A stretch of 43,434 bases of DNA from Xanthobacteraceae bacterium (GTDB lineage: Bacteria; Pseudomonadota; Alphaproteobacteria; Rhizobiales; Xanthobacteraceae), in the NCBI GenBank assembly GCA_035499475.1, contig DATJYT010000032.1, positions 1 through 43,434 on the forward strand. The letters are read 5' to 3'. The stretch's first letter is position 1, and the number at the start of each line of letters is the position of its first letter. Below are positions 42,641 through 43,434 of this stretch, one piece after another. The translations under genes were made by a program, and so were the position numbers. Below the pieces are notes generated by a model, which was not told the DNA's origin, ran no database searches, and was given only the letters and a program-made list of their open reading frames with translations.

Positions 42641-43434
42641 GTGAGCGCTGATCGGATCGTGGTCGGTCACGAAGAGCTCGGGCGCTTCATCCGCGACCTG
42701 CTCCAGGTGGTGGGTGCAAGCGCGAGTGACGCGGCCGTGGTCGCCGACGGGCTGGTGTGGGCCAATCTGCGCGGCGTCGATGGACACGGCGTTTCACGGC
42801 TGCCGCGCTACCTGAAGATCATCGCGCGCGGCGAGATCGACCCGAAGGCCAAGCCGCATCTCAGTCACGATCGTCCGGCGACTTTCGTCCTGGAATGCGG
42901 CCACGGTTTCGGACCAGTGGCGGCGATGCGGGCGGCCGCGATTGCGGTCGAGCGGGCAAAAAAAATCGGGGTCTGTTTCGGGCTCATTCGCGAGCAGACC
43001 CATACCGGCGCGATCGGTCGCTACGCGCAATGGATTGCCGCCCAGGGCTGCGCCGCCGTCCTCATGGGCGCAGGGCCCGCGTTGATGGCCTATCACGGCG
43101 CCCGGGTCGCCAGCATGGCGACCAGCCCGATCGCGATCGCGGTGCCGAGCGGCAACGGTCCGATCGTGCTCGACATGGCGACCAGCACGATTTCGAATGG
43201 CAAAATTCTTCAGGCCCGCGCCGCCGGCACGCCGCTGCCGGAAGGAACGGTGCTGACCGCGGACGGCGAGCCGACCACCGATCCGCGCCAGGCCGAAATC
43301 CTGCTGCCGCTCGGCGGTCCGAAAGGCTCCGGTCTTGGGCTGATGTTCGAGATGCTGGCGAGCGTGCTCGCCGCGGCGCCGATCCAGGCGCGCGCCCTCG
43401 GACCCGAGAAGCGCACGCGCCACACCGGCAATAC
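42641..43434 (+). CDS. Ldh_2-family (malate / L-lactate / ureidoglycolate dehydrogenase type 2) oxidoreductase, 5' part
   Basis: Absent from the ORF track because it runs off the right edge with no stop. My translation reads VSADRIVVGHEELGRFIRDLL...ANLRGVDGHGVSRLPRYL...HTGAIGRYA...PLGGPKGSGLGLMFEMLA. GGAG lies 8 nt before the GTG at 42641. Confidence 0.8.
   Translation, partial: MSADRIVVGHEELGRFIRDLLQVVGASASDAAVVADGLVWANLRGVDGHGVSRLPRYLKIIARGEIDPKAKPHLSHDRPATFVLECGHGFGPVAAMRAAAIAVERAKKIGVCFGLIREQTHTGAIGRYAQWIAAQGCAAVLMGAGPALMAYHGARVASMATSPIAIAVPSGNGPIVLDMATSTISNGKILQARAAGTPLPEGTVLTADGEPTTDPRQAEILLPLGGPKGSGLGLMFEMLASVLAAAPIQARALGPEKRTRHTGN

Overview
High-GC alphaproteobacterial chromosome segment. 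Synteny points to Rhizobiales/Hyphomicrobiales, Bradyrhizobiaceae-like: hisD, UPF0262, LMW phosphatase, infA, maf, yacG, tRNA-Phe; the nepR-ecfG / phyR general-stress locus; an HWE kinase. All family calls come from motifs read in the translated ORFs and from memory of those families; no searches were run.

Content, left to right:
- 3' part of cheA plus cheY, then two unknowns.
- A response regulator translationally coupled to an unknown protein.
- An FNR-type regulator inside an AT-richer stretch next to tRNA-Phe.
- A housekeeping block (yacG to hisD).
- A cupredoxin/FTR1 iron-uptake pair.
- A secreted caspase-fold protein with both catalytic positions substituted and a long proline-rich tail.
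- A PrtD/HlyD-type type I secretion pair, then a CHASE2 nucleotide cyclase and a convergent LapG-like (BTLCP) cysteine peptidase.
- A TRAP transporter with two tandem DctP paralogues, beside a hydroxycinnamoyl-CoA hydratase/lyase and an atypical SDR.
- The complete nepR-ecfG / phyR locus with two readable divergent EcfG promoters, a candidate sRNA, an L,D-transpeptidase and an HWE kinase.
- An ornithine-cyclodeaminase / ABC importer / PuuE-like hydrolase cluster.
- A patatin-like lipase.
- A LigB-LigA extradiol dioxygenase, an alpha/beta hydrolase, and the 5' part of an Ldh_2 oxidoreductase.

No rRNA, CRISPR array, transposase or integrase was recognised. I do not see an unambiguous new multi-gene system. 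The best leads are the T1SS / cyclase / BTLCP module, the dead-site caspase homologue, the phyR-adjacent sRNA candidate, and the response regulator with its partner protein.
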